NCBI RefSeq assembly: GCF_006016075.1
Contig: NZ_CP040093.1
Coordinates: 1,239,069 to 1,303,068 of the forward strand
Length of the DNA: 64,000 bases
Reading direction: 5' to 3'
DNA from: Caloramator sp. E03
GTDB taxonomy: Bacteria > Bacillota > Clostridia > Clostridiales > Caloramatoraceae
Position 1 is the first letter of the stretch, and every line of letters starts with the position of its first letter. A model generated the notes under the pieces. The model was not told the DNA's origin. It was given only the letters and a program-made list of their open reading frames with translations, and did not search any database. Position numbers and translations under genes: made by a program. Shown in pieces: positions 40,931 to 50,436 of this stretch.

Positions 40931-42818
40931 TCTTGTTCCTCCCCTTTAAAGGCACCAATTTAAAAAAGATTGCACTTAGAGGCGGCACCTTTATATTTAT
41001 TGAAAAACTGCAATTATGCCATTTAACATCCTCTGACATAATTGAGCCTTCATTACATAAGCCTGTTCCACCAAATTCAATTTTATCGCTGTTAAAGACT
41101 TCAATATACTCTCCAGGTAAAGGAACCCCAATTCTATAATTCTCTCTTAAAACAGGAGTAAAATTGAAAAGGCATATAATAAAATCATCTTGTTTTTTAG
41201 CAATCCTTTGAAATACAATTATGCTCTGAGTATAGTCACAATGGTCAATCCATCTAAATCCATCCCAACTAAAATCAACTTCCCAAAGAGATGGATTTTC
41301 TATATAAAATTTATTAAGACTTTTTACATAACTTTGAAGCTTTCTATGGCTCTCATACTCCAAAAGATTCCAATCAAGGCTATCATAATACTTCCATTCT
41401 ATGAACTGTCCAAATTCTCCACCCATAAATAAAAGCTTTTTACCTGGATGAGCTATCATATATCCAAAAAGGACTCTAAGATTTGCAAACTTTTGATTAT
41501 AATCTCCAGGCATTTTATCAAGTAGTGATTTTTTACCATGAACAACCTCATCATGGGACAGTGGAAGAATAAAATTCTCTGAGAAAGCGTAAGTTAATGA
41601 AAACGTCAGCTTATTATGATGCCATTTCCTATGTATGGGATCCATTGACATATACTCTAATATGTCATGCATCCATCCCATATTCCATTTATAATTAAAT
41701 CCAAGGCCTCCTATATAAGTTGGTTTTGTTACCATAGGCCATGAGGTTGACTCCTCAGCTATCATTAGTGTATTTGGAAACTCTTTAAAAACAGCCTCAT
41801 TCAGCTTTTTCATAAAATCAATTGCTTCAAGATTCTCCTTTCCACCATAAACATTTGGTATCCATTTTCCATTTTCTCTTGCATAGTCAAGATAAAGCAT
41901 CGATGTTACAGCATCAACCCTAAGACCGTCAATATGATAGTAATCAAGCCAAAAAATTGCATTTGATATAAGAAAACTCTTAACTTCATTCCTTCCATGA
42001 TTGAAAATATATGTACCCCATTGAGGATGTTCACCTTTTAATGGATTCTCATGCTCATAGAGGCATGTCCCATCAAACCTTGCAAGGCTAAAGCTATCCC
42101 TTGGGAAGTGGGCAGGAACCCAATCCAGAATAACTCCAATATTATTTTGATGACATATATCTATAAAATACATAAAATCCTTTGGAGTACCATATCTGCT
42201 TGTTGGTGAATAATATCCTGTGACCTGATACCCCCATGAGCCATCAAAGGGATGCTCTTTTATTGGCATAAGTTCTATATGTGTATATCCCATTTCCTTT
42301 ACGTAACAAACAAGTTCCTTTGCAAGCTCCCTATAACTTAAAAACTCACCTTTTTTTCTTCTCCAGGAACCAGGATGCACTTCATATATTAAAACAGGCT
42401 TATCATAAAAAGAGTTTTTTTTCTTATAATCCTGCCATTTTTTATCCTCCCATTTATAGCCTTCTAAATTGTATACCTTAGATGCATTATTTGGTCTAAG
42501 TTCACTATAAAAAGCATAAGGATCACTTTTTAATAGAATATCTCCTTTTTGAGTCTCAATCATGTATTTATAGTTATCATATTCCTTTACTCCCTCTATA
42601 TAGCAATACCATAGACCTGAACTACCATACATTTTCATTTCATTAGCAAATCCATCCCAACTGTTAAAATCACCAACAACACTTACCCTTTTTGCATTGG
42701 GTGCCCAGACCAGGAAGTAGCATCCCTTTTCATTTATATGTGCCCCCATCATTTTATATGAATGATAATTCGTACCTTCATTGAAAAGATATACTTGATA
42801 GTCTGTAATAAATTCCAT
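40860..42818 (-). CDS. glgB: 1,4-alpha-glucan branching enzyme GlgB (GH13_9), with about 30-aa C-terminal extension overlapping glgC
   Basis: 652 aa; N-terminal CBM48, GH13 catalytic regions (GLRVDAV, EESTSWP); ORF reads through 70 nt into glgC. Confidence 0.85.
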   Translation of the reverse strand: MEFITDYQVYLFNEGTNYHSYKMMGAHINEKGCYFLVWAPNAKRVSVVGDFNSWDGFANEMKMYGSSGLWYCYIEGVKEYDNYKYMIETQKGDILLKSDPYAFYSELRPNNASKVYNLEGYKWEDKKWQDYKKKNSFYDKPVLIYEVHPGSWRRKKGEFLSYRELAKELVCYVKEMGYTHIELMPIKEHPFDGSWGYQVTGYYSPTSRYGTPKDFMYFIDICHQNNIGVILDWVPAHFPRDSFSLARFDGTCLYEHENPLKGEHPQWGTYIFNHGRNEVKSFLISNAIFWLDYYHIDGLRVDAVTSMLYLDYARENGKWIPNVYGGKENLEAIDFMKKLNEAVFKEFPNTLMIAEESTSWPMVTKPTYIGGLGFNYKWNMGWMHDILEYMSMDPIHRKWHHNKLTFSLTYAFSENFILPLSHDEVVHGKKSLLDKMPGDYNQKFANLRVLFGYMIAHPGKKLLFMGGEFGQFIEWKYYDSLDWNLLEYESHRKLQSYVKSLNKFYIENPSLWEVDFSWDGFRWIDHCDYTQSIIVFQRIAKKQDDFIICLFNFTPVLRENYRIGVPLPGEYIEVFNSDKIEFGGTGLCNEGSIMSEDVKWHNCSFSINIKVPPLSAIFFKLVPLKGRNKNDIKGMHCNASCRGTGKQAGDFN

Positions 42819-42976
42819 AGGCCCCTCCTCTTAAAAGCTATATTTTATTAAGCATATTATATATATTCTTATTATTTAAAAATATACATAATTACCATTA
42901 TATGTAATTTATATTTTATCTTATTATAAAAGTTTTTATATAATTTAACAAATAATTCATCCTTGAATACTAACTA

Positions 42977-43015
42977 AAATAGCCCAATATAGGCTAATTT
43001 TAAGCCTATATTGGG
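42977..43015. terminator. Intrinsic terminator hairpin (agcccaatataggct / agcctatattgggct) after hydF
   Basis: Perfect 15-bp stem with flanking T/A runs between hydF stop and glgB start region. Confidence 0.65.
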
Positions 43016-43026
43016 CTATTTCTTCA

Positions 43027-44211
43027 TTATTTAAATATTTCAACTACCCTATCTAATATCCCATTCATGTAAGCAATTGCAATACCATAGTTAGTAATTG
43101 GTACATTATTTTCCTTTGCCTTTATAATCCTTGACATCATCTGTTTTCTGTTAAACATACATGCCCCACAGTGTATTATTAGCTTATACTTTGATAAATT
43201 TTCTTCAAAATCTGCTCCTGCTTTTACCTTTATATTAATCTTGCCCTTCACCCTCTCCTCAAGCCATTTTGGTAGTTTTTCTCTCCCTATATCCCCTCTT
43301 AAAGGATGATGGGTGCAGGATTCTGCAATCAGGACTTCATCTCCTTCTTTAAGGTTATCTATTGCTTTTGCCCCTTCAATAAATGTTTTAAGGTCACCTT
43401 TATATCGTGCCATAAGTATAGAAAAGGAAGTTAATGGCATATCCTTTGGTATTGTTTCGTTTACATATTTAAAAACCTGTGAGTCTGTTATTACAAGATC
43501 GATTTTAGAAAGGTTATTTAAGGCTTCCTTAAGCTCAGAATCTTTTATTATAGTTACTACGGCATCATTATCTAACAAATCGCGTATTACCTGAACCTGG
43601 GGTAAAATCAATCTTCCCTTTGGCGCCTGTATATCCTGAGGTGCTACAAGAAGAATGCAGTCCTTTGGCTTTACAACATCTCCAACAATTGTTGACCTTT
43701 CAAAATCCATTGGAGCATTTTCAAATATAGCATTTTTTAATTCATCAATGTTTATTCTATCCTTTGCCGACACTTTAACAAAGGATATTTTAAACCTTTC
43801 CTCTAATTTTTTAACATCAGCATCCTTCTCATCTATCTTATTTACAACTCCGACTACTGGGATACTTTTTTGTTTGAGCTCTAAAAGATACTCCTCTTCT
43901 AATTTTGTATCCTCATCTCCTGTTAAAACTAAAAGAGCAAGATCTGTTTTCTCCATTACAGCCTTTGTTTTTTTAACTCTTAGCTCTCCAAGCTCACCAA
44001 CATCATCAAGTCCTGCAGTATCTATAAAAACAACAGGACCTATTGGCAAAAGTTCCATCGCCTTATAAACCGGATCCGTTGTAGTTCCTGCTGTATCTGA
44101 TACAAGGCTGATTTCCTGATTTGTAAGGGCATTTATAAGGCTTGATTTTCCTGCGTTTCTCTTCCCAAATATAGCTATATGAAGTCTGTTTGCAATTGGT
44201 GTATCAAACAT
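43027..44211 (-). CDS. hydF: [FeFe]-hydrogenase H-cluster maturation GTPase HydF
   Basis: 394 aa; GTPase G1 GKRNAGKSSLINAL, G3 DTAG, G4 NKID; C-terminal CxH...HC cluster-binding region. Confidence 0.85.
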   Translation of the reverse strand: MFDTPIANRLHIAIFGKRNAGKSSLINALTNQEISLVSDTAGTTTDPVYKAMELLPIGPVVFIDTAGLDDVGELGELRVKKTKAVMEKTDLALLVLTGDEDTKLEEEYLLELKQKSIPVVGVVNKIDEKDADVKKLEERFKISFVKVSAKDRINIDELKNAIFENAPMDFERSTIVGDVVKPKDCILLVAPQDIQAPKGRLILPQVQVIRDLLDNDAVVTIIKDSELKEALNNLSKIDLVITDSQVFKYVNETIPKDMPLTSFSILMARYKGDLKTFIEGAKAIDNLKEGDEVLIAESCTHHPLRGDIGREKLPKWLEERVKGKINIKVKAGADFEENLSKYKLIIHCGACMFNRKQMMSRIIKAKENNVPITNYGIAIAYMNGILDRVVEIFK

Positions 44212-44227
44212 TTTATCCTCCTTAATA

Positions 44228-45643
44228 TTAGAATCTAAAATCCCTTTCGCCTAATTCTATTCTTTTTAACTTTTCAACAGTTGCTAATCTGACCTTTTCG
44301 TCTGGTATATCAAGTAAAGATTTTTGGATTAGAGCATCTCCTTTTTGTTTTAGTTCATCATCACCATAATCTATAATATATTCTTTAAATGTTAAAATTG
44401 CATTAGGAAGACAGAAGTTGTGTATCTGTCCTGACTTTGCAAAGGCCATAAATCTATCACCAGTTCTTCCTACCCTATAACAAGCCGTACAATAACTTGG
44501 AATATAACCTGAATCACAAAGGCTTTTTTGTATTTGAAGTGGTGAACGGTGATCCCCAACTTCAAACTGAGGCTTTTCATCGGTTTTTATGTGACGTGTT
44601 TCTTCTGAATATCCTCCAACTCCAGTACAGGAGCCTGCACTAATTTGTGATATGCCAAGGGCAATTACCTTATCTCTAAAATCAGGCTCCTCCCTTGTTG
44701 AAAGTATCATTCCAGTATAGGGAACTGCCATCCTCAAAACTGCGACTATCTTCATAAAATCATTATCACTAACTAAATAGGGATACTTTTTAATATCAAC
44801 ACCTTCAGCAGCTCTTAGCCTTGGCACAGATATAGTATGAGGTCCTACTCCTGTTTCTCTATCAAGGTGCTCTGCATGCATTATCATAGCAATAGTATCA
44901 TATTTAAAATCATAGAGTCCGTATAATACCCCTATTCCAACATCATCAATTCCTGCCATACGAGCCCTATCCATAGCTGTAGTATGATAATTGTAATCGT
45001 GCTTTGGCCCATTTGGATGAAGCTTTTCATAAGTTTCTTTATGATATGTTTCCTGGAATAATATATAGGTTCCAATTCCGGCTTCTTTTAGCCTTTTATA
45101 GTTTTCAACTGTTGTTGCAGCAATATTTACATTAATTCTTCTAATACTTCCATTATCAAACTTTAACGAATATATAGTTTTTATACATTCTAATATATAA
45201 TCAAGGGGGCAGTTAACATTATCCTCCCCAGCTTCAAGTGCAAGACGCTTATGCCCCATAGACTCTAAAATTTTAACTTCTTCCTTAAGCTCCTCCATTG
45301 TAAGCTTTTTTCTTTTAAAGCTTTCATTTGTATGTTTATAGCCACAATACTCACAGTTGTTTACACAGTAGTTACTTACATAAAGCGGTGCAAAAAGTAC
45401 TATTCTTTTACCATATATATCCTCTTTTATCTTCCTTGCAGCTTTAAACATCTTATTTAACAATTCTTCATCACTAACACTAAGCAGAACTGCTGCCTCA
45501 TCATAGCTTAATCCTTTAAGAGATAGTGCCTTATCTATTAGTGTCTCAACATAGTCCCTATCCTTTGATAATCTCTCACCTTTTTCAATTGCATCTCTTA
45601 TTTTAGAGTCAACTATAAACTCTTCAGCTTTAAATTCCTTCAT
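44228..45643 (-). CDS. hydG: [FeFe]-hydrogenase H-cluster radical-SAM maturase HydG (ThiH-like)
   Basis: 471 aa; CVNNCEYCGY radical-SAM motif; C-terminal extra Cys cluster CTACYRVGRTGDRF typical of HydG. Confidence 0.85.
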   Translation of the reverse strand: MKEFKAEEFIVDSKIRDAIEKGERLSKDRDYVETLIDKALSLKGLSYDEAAVLLSVSDEELLNKMFKAARKIKEDIYGKRIVLFAPLYVSNYCVNNCEYCGYKHTNESFKRKKLTMEELKEEVKILESMGHKRLALEAGEDNVNCPLDYILECIKTIYSLKFDNGSIRRINVNIAATTVENYKRLKEAGIGTYILFQETYHKETYEKLHPNGPKHDYNYHTTAMDRARMAGIDDVGIGVLYGLYDFKYDTIAMIMHAEHLDRETGVGPHTISVPRLRAAEGVDIKKYPYLVSDNDFMKIVAVLRMAVPYTGMILSTREEPDFRDKVIALGISQISAGSCTGVGGYSEETRHIKTDEKPQFEVGDHRSPLQIQKSLCDSGYIPSYCTACYRVGRTGDRFMAFAKSGQIHNFCLPNAILTFKEYIIDYGDDELKQKGDALIQKSLLDIPDEKVRLATVEKLKRIELGERDFRF

Positions 45644-45654
45644 AATTACACCTC

Positions 45655-45900
45655 CTATTTTTTGGTTAAAGCAGATTTTACATTAACTCCATTTACCTTT
45701 CCAAGCTTTCCTGTAAGAGCACTAATATCATCAGTACTTCCATCAACTATGAGTGATATTACTGATACTCCCTTTTCTCTATAGGGAACCCCCATACGCC
45801 CTATTATTATTTCAGCATGTTCATGAAGTATTTCATTAACTCTTGATGCACTTTCAAAGTTTTCTACAACTATTCCAACTACTCCAATTCTTTTTTCCAT
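45655..45900 (-). CDS. TM1266-family iron-only hydrogenase system regulator (small ACT-like protein)
   Basis: About 81 aa, MEKRIGVVGIVVENFESASRVNEILHEHAEIIIGRMGVPY, upstream of hydG; start at ATG 45900 after RBS ggagg. Confidence 0.7.
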   Translation of the reverse strand: MEKRIGVVGIVVENFESASRVNEILHEHAEIIIGRMGVPYREKGVSVISLIVDGSTDDISALTGKLGKVNGVNVKSALTKK

Positions 45901-45912
45901 AGCAACCTCCAT

Positions 45913-45942
45913 CAAAAAAGCCTTCGCAAAAAGCGAAGGCTA
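45913..45942. terminator. Intrinsic terminator (gccttcgc-aaaaa-gcgaaggc)
   Basis: Perfect 8-bp GC-rich stem + T-run in minus sense, downstream of the yvrJ-like operon. Confidence 0.7.
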
Positions 45943-46099
45943 AATATACTATATAATATATACTACTACCGCCTCCCTTTTGCTCAGAAAATTCCTTGCA
46001 ATCAGGTTATTTTTATATTATCCAACATGTCAGAAAAATCCAACACATCAGATTAATTTAATTATAAACATTTTAAAACACATTGTCAAATAAATAACA

Positions 46100-46246
46100 T
46101 CACTTTCCCATGGAAGCTATTGTTCTTGAAAGCTCATTTATACTTTCCGATAGCCTTTCAAGTTTACTTTCTACTCTAACAAGCAGATATACTGAAAGGA
46201 CAATTGGAAATCCAAAATTAGCTATTTCTTTGAACATTTCTTCCAT
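46100..46246 (-). CDS. YvrJ-family small protein (48 aa; not in supplied ORF track)
   Basis: Minus-strand ORF MEEMFKEIANFGFPIVLSVYLLVRVESKLERLSESINELSRTIASMGK with RBS ggaggtg; third member of YvrJ-DUF2922-DUF1659 trio. Confidence 0.6.
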   Translation of the reverse strand: MEEMFKEIANFGFPIVLSVYLLVRVESKLERLSESINELSRTIASMGK

Positions 46247-46296
46247 TTTTTCACCTCCTAAATTATTAGCCGGAAGAAAACTTCCGGCTAATAAAA

Positions 46297-46515
46297 CTAT
46301 CTTACATCTATCTGCTGGACATCCCTTGATATTATATTTGCAGACACTAAAGCTACAAGGTCTCCACCTGATGACTCAAATACGTTTTTTGATACAATAA
46401 GGTTCATAGCAGCTTTAATATTATCAGAAGTAAGATCATCTTTAATATCAGATAGGCTTATTGTAACATTGTTACCTGCTTGATTTTGAAATATCATCTG
46501 AAGTGTCTTTGTCAA
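46297..46515 (-). CDS. DUF1659 family small protein
   Basis: 72 aa, MTKTLQMIFQNQAGNNVTISLSDIKDDLT...; pairs with DUF2922 gene. Confidence 0.65.
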   Translation of the reverse strand: MTKTLQMIFQNQAGNNVTISLSDIKDDLTSDNIKAAMNLIVSKNVFESSGGDLVALVSANIISRDVQQIDVR

Positions 46516-46552
46516 AAGCTACACCTCCTTTCATAAATATAAAATATAAAAT

Positions 46553-46786
46553 TTACTGGTTAATAAGCTCAATAACATCCTGCCTTAAAATAGCATCTAC
46601 AGGATTTTTAAGAAGAGCTCCAATGCCTGATGCTATTTCAAATAAGTCTTGATCTTGTGCCGAAGTTTTTATTCTTCTTAATGTGGTATTGTCAAATACA
46701 GCATTTCCATTTGAATCAACCCCGGTTCTTACTCTTAAAATAAGGTTTGAAGAAACTTTAACACCATTTACAGCCATGCTTTTCAC
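46553..46786 (-). CDS. DUF2922 family small protein
   Basis: 77 aa, MKSMAVNGVKVSSNLILRVRTGVDSNGNAV...; conserved neighbour of DUF1659 and YvrJ. Confidence 0.65.
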   Translation of the reverse strand: MKSMAVNGVKVSSNLILRVRTGVDSNGNAVFDNTTLRRIKTSAQDQDLFEIASGIGALLKNPVDAILRQDVIELINQ

Positions 46787-46872
46787 CTCCTTTCAATTGA
46801 ATAAATTGTATTAAAAAGAAAAATTTATATATGGTATAATAAAAAAATATGTTTTTTAAGGTTGGTGATAGT

Positions 46873-48003
46873 ATGATAATAAAAAATGGAAGAATAATAA
46901 CTGAAAAGGGAATCATTGAAGGTTCTGTTGAAATAGATAAAGGAAAAATTATAAGAATATATAACGATAAGTATCCAAAAGGAGAAGGAATAGATGTATC
47001 AGGTTGTTTTATATGCCCTGGATTTATTGACATCCACATACATGGAATTGAAGGGCATGATTGTATGGAAGGAAATATTGAGGCAATAAATGAAATATCA
47101 AAAGCTTTAATAAAATATGGTGTAACATCTTTCCTGCCTGCAACTATGACTGAGGATTTAAAAAAAATAAGAAAAGCTGTCGAAATAATATCAAATACAA
47201 AGTCTAAAGGAACTGCCGGGGCTAAAATCCTTGGAATAAACCTTGAAGGTCCTTTTATTTCTCCATCTATGGCGGGAGCACAAGATCCAAAATACATAAA
47301 GAAACCATCCTTTGATACTTTTAAAGATTTAGCTAATGATTATATTAATGAAATAAAAATTGTAACAATAGCACCAGAGGAGGAAGGAGCAGTTGAGCTG
47401 ATTGCCAATCTAAATAGCATTGGAATAATAGCATCAGTTGGACATACTAATGGAAATTATGACGACTTTATAAAGGGATATAAAGCTGGAATAAAGCACT
47501 GCACTCATCTTTTTAATGCCATGACAGGATTTCACCATAGACAGCCTAATATAGTTGGGGGAGTATTTAATAGTGATGTTACTGCAGAAATGATACTGGA
47601 TGGAGTACATATTCACTTTGATGCTGTAAAAGTTGCTCTTAAAGTTAAAGGGATAGATAAAATAATACTTGTATCAGATGCTATGATGGCATGCGGGCTT
47701 TGTGATGGATTGTATAGTCTTGGAGGGCAAGATGTATATGTAAAAGATGGTCAAGCAAGACTAAAAGATGGTACACTTGCAGGTTCAACTTTAACTTTAA
47801 GTAAAGCACTTTATAATGCTGTAAATAACCTTAACATCACTTTAATCGATGCTATAAAGATGGTTACTTCAAACCCTGCTAAGCTTCTTAAACTTGATAA
47901 TGAAATTGGATACATAAAAGAAGGCTTTTACGCTGATATAGTAATATTTGATGATGATATTAACATAAAACATGTTTTTGTAAATGGGGAAATGAAATTT
48001 TAA
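46873..48003 (+). CDS. nagA: N-acetylglucosamine-6-phosphate deacetylase
   Basis: Amidohydrolase motifs (GFIDIHIHG, HLFNAM, VSDAM); start at ATG 46873 (MIIKNG). Confidence 0.85.
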   Translation: MIIKNGRIITEKGIIEGSVEIDKGKIIRIYNDKYPKGEGIDVSGCFICPGFIDIHIHGIEGHDCMEGNIEAINEISKALIKYGVTSFLPATMTEDLKKIRKAVEIISNTKSKGTAGAKILGINLEGPFISPSMAGAQDPKYIKKPSFDTFKDLANDYINEIKIVTIAPEEEGAVELIANLNSIGIIASVGHTNGNYDDFIKGYKAGIKHCTHLFNAMTGFHHRQPNIVGGVFNSDVTAEMILDGVHIHFDAVKVALKVKGIDKIILVSDAMMACGLCDGLYSLGGQDVYVKDGQARLKDGTLAGSTLTLSKALYNAVNNLNITLIDAIKMVTSNPAKLLKLDNEIGYIKEGFYADIVIFDDDINIKHVFVNGEMKF

Positions 48004-48012
48004 TGTAAAATA

Positions 48013-48036
48013 AAAATAGCCCATTGGGCTATTTTT
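48013..48036. terminator. Bidirectional terminator (aaaatagcccattgggctatttt)
   Basis: Perfect palindrome between convergent nagA and metK. Confidence 0.7.
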
Positions 48037-49225
48037 ATTTTAACTCCTCAACTGCTTTCTTTATAGCTTCAACCTTGTCAAGCTTTTCCCATGGAAGGTC
48101 TAAATCTGTTCTCCCAAAGTGACCATAAGCTGCAACCTGTCTGTATATTGGCCTTCTAAGGTTTAAATTTTTAATTATTGAAGCTGGTCTTAAGTCAAAT
48201 ACTTTGTTTATAACTTCTACTATCTTATCATCTGGGAGTTTTCCTGTGCCAAAGGTGTCTACTTCAATTGAAACAGGCCTTGCAACGCCTATAGCATAAG
48301 CAACTTCAATTTCAAGTTTATCGGCAATACCTGCTGCAACAAGATTTTTAGCAACCCATCTTGCTGCATAAGCTGCTGAACGGTCAACCTTTGTTGGATC
48401 CTTTCCTGAGAAAGCTCCTCCGCCATGTCTTCCATAGCCTCCATAAGTATCAACAATTATCTTTCTTCCAGTAAGACCTGAGTCTCCTTGAGGTCCTCCA
48501 ACAACAAATCTTCCTGTTGGGTTTATATAGTATTTTGTATTCTCATCAAGTAAATTATTTGGCACAACTTTTCTTATAACATGTTCTATGATATCTCTTT
48601 CTATTTGTTCTCTTGTAACTTCAGGGCTGTGCTGTGTTGATACAACTATTGCGTCAATTCTAACAGGTTTATCATCATGATATTCAACAGTAACCTGAGT
48701 TTTTCCATCTGGTCTTAAATAATCTAATGTTCCATTTTTCCTAACTTCAGCAAGCCTTCTTGAAAGTCTATGAGCCATTGCAATTGGAAGAGGCATCATT
48801 TCAGGAGTCTCGTTGCAGGCAAATCCGAACATCATTCCCTGATCTCCTGCACCTATTGCTTCAGCAACATCCATTTCTCCTTTTTTAGCTTCAAGGGCTT
48901 TATCAACTCCAAGAGCAATATCTGCAGACTGTTCGTCTATTGATGTTATAACTGCACAGGTATCACAGTCGAATCCATACTTTGCTCTTGTATAACCTAT
49001 CTCTTCAATCGTCTTTCTAACAATCCTTGGAATGTCAACATAGCATTTTGTTGATATCTCTCCCATAACAAGAACCATTCCAGTTGTTACAGCTGTCTCG
49101 CAAGCAACTCTTGCCTCTGGATCCTGCTCTAATATGGCATCAAGTACCGCATCAGAAATTTGGTCGCATATTTTATCTGGATGACCTTCAGTTACCGATT
49201 CTGAGGTAAACAATCTTTTAACCAT
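48035..49225 (-). CDS. metK: S-adenosylmethionine synthetase
   Basis: 396 aa; canonical MetK motifs ([24 protein letters not shown]). Confidence 0.95.
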   Translation of the reverse strand: MVKRLFTSESVTEGHPDKICDQISDAVLDAILEQDPEARVACETAVTTGMVLVMGEISTKCYVDIPRIVRKTIEEIGYTRAKYGFDCDTCAVITSIDEQSADIALGVDKALEAKKGEMDVAEAIGAGDQGMMFGFACNETPEMMPLPIAMAHRLSRRLAEVRKNGTLDYLRPDGKTQVTVEYHDDKPVRIDAIVVSTQHSPEVTREQIERDIIEHVIRKVVPNNLLDENTKYYINPTGRFVVGGPQGDSGLTGRKIIVDTYGGYGRHGGGAFSGKDPTKVDRSAAYAARWVAKNLVAAGIADKLEIEVAYAIGVARPVSIEVDTFGTGKLPDDKIVEVINKVFDLRPASIIKNLNLRRPIYRQVAAYGHFGRTDLDLPWEKLDKVEAIKKAVEELK

Positions 49226-49249
49226 TTTTCTTCCTCCTTTATGTATAAT

Positions 49250-49392
49250 AAAAAACCCCTTCTGTTAGAAGAGGTCTATTTTTCAAGAACCCTCATCTTC
49301 CAGAATACATAGATCCTGCTGGAATTGGCACCTTTCTTTTGCAGGTTGCCGGGTTTCATCGGGCCAGTCCCTCCACCTCTCTTGATAAGAGT
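49250..49392 (-). ncRNA. SAM-I (S-box) riboswitch with terminator, leader of metK
   Basis: Minus-strand sequence CUCUUAUCAAGAGAGGUGGAGGGACUGGCCCGAUGAAACCCGGCAACC matches SAM-I core; downstream terminator + U6 before metK RBS. Confidence 0.9.
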
Positions 49393-49414
49393 TTAATACA
49401 TATTAATTTTTACT

Positions 49415-49448
49415 AAGCAATAGTATCATAATAAATTAAATATGTCAA
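49415..49448 (-). promoter_or_regulatory. metK promoter (TTGACA-17-TACTAT on minus strand)
   Basis: -35 TTGACA (rc of 49443-49448) and -10 TACTAT appropriately spaced upstream of riboswitch. Confidence 0.45.
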
Positions 49449-49487
49449 CGGTATTGTTAGAAACTTATTTTTCTCCATTTTTGATTT

Positions 49488-49840
49488 TTGAGGACGGTTA
49501 GTGTGAAAATGTCCATTTACAAAAAAGGAAAAAAGTACAAGCCAAGGGACGGTTACTTATTTTATACACAATATCTGCAAAATTAGGGGTACATGCATAA
49601 AATATTTTATCTATTATTTAATATAATAAGTAACCGTCCCTGCTGTTGCCTTTGACAAGCCTAAAACTTTTTCATGTCGTCGTTGTGGCTACTTTTAGTC
49701 ATGACCTGTTACTTATTATTTATAAATAAATAATAAATTAACCTCATCCCCTAAAGGTTATTATCTTTTAAGACCATTAATAATTTTTTATCTTGCATTA
49801 AATTGTCTATGAAGTATAAAAAGTAAGTAACTGTCCCTCT
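49488..49840. repeat. Cluster of 5 copies/half-sites of a GGGAC(G/T)GTTACTTAT motif in alternating orientation, including a perfect 16-bp inverted pair
   Basis: Copies at about 49491(+), 49546(+), 49625(-), 49703(+), 49824(-); the same motif sits immediately 5' of REP copies E and F. Confidence 0.7.
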
Positions 49841-49852
49841 ATTTTTTAAACA

Positions 49853-49880
49853 TAAAAAAAGACGCTATATAGCGTCTTTT
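49853..49880 (-). terminator. Intrinsic terminator of tRNA operon (aaagacgc-tata-tagcgtcttt)
   Basis: Perfect hairpin + T-run in minus sense directly after tRNA-Tyr. Confidence 0.8.
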
Positions 49881-49964
49881 GGTGGAGGGAGATGGATTCG
49901 AACCATCGAAGTCACTGACAACAGATTTACAGTCTGCCCCCTTTGGCCACTCGGGAATCCCTCC
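49880..49964 (-). tRNA. tRNA-Tyr (anticodon GUA), CCA encoded
   Basis: Minus-strand GGAGGGATTCCCGAGTGGCC...anticodon loop CUGUAAAUC...long variable arm...TCGAATCC...CCACCA. Confidence 0.85.
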
Positions 49965-49969
49965 TCGTA

Positions 49970-50045
49970 TGGAGCCGGCTATCGGAATCGAACCAATAAC
50001 CTACTGATTACAAGTCAGTTGCTCTGCCTATTGAGCTAAGCCGGC
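49970..50045 (-). tRNA. tRNA-Thr (anticodon UGU), CCA encoded
   Basis: Minus-strand GCCGGCTTAGCTCAATAGG...ACUUGUAAUC...GGTTCGATTCC...GCCGGCTCCA. Confidence 0.85.
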
Positions 50046-50050
50046 ATATA

Positions 50051-50126
50051 TGGTGGGAACAATAGGGCTCGAACCTATGACCCTCTGCTTGTAAGGCAGA
50101 TGCTCTCCCAGCTGAGCTATGCTCCC
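50051..50126 (-). tRNA. tRNA-Val (anticodon UAC), CCA encoded
   Basis: Minus-strand GGGAGCATAGCTCAGCTGGGAGAGC...CCUUACAAG...GGTTCGAGCCC...CCCACCA. Confidence 0.85.
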
Positions 50127-50436
50127 TTTTTGTTTGCCGCACCGTTTAGCGACAATAATTAGTATACATAATATCAAAGCACAAATCAATCCTCAAATAT
50201 AATTATTATTTTAATTTATATACACCATTCTTAATAATTCTTTTATTATCTCTTATAATCTATGTTATGCTTACATCAACATTTTTTAACTCCTTTATAT
50301 ATTATACTCTCTTCAAAATAAACCAAAGTATATTTTCATGGTAAAACTTTTAATATATAATGCTTATGTAAATCTTTTATAAATAAAATTATATATGTTC
50401 CATAAACTATTATAAACTAAATAAGGCGGTGTTAAT

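Noticed and set aside
46110-46400. 96-aa plus-strand ORF
   Set aside because: Overlaps on the opposite strand both the YvrJ-like gene and the DUF1659 gene, which have RBSs and family-like sequences; the plus-strand translation is Ser/Leu-rich with no RBS.
49511-49588. 25-codon ORF (MSIYKKGKKYKPRDGYLFYTQYLQN) inside the repeat cluster
   Set aside because: No convincing RBS; its sequence is dictated by the repeat motif itself; too short to support.
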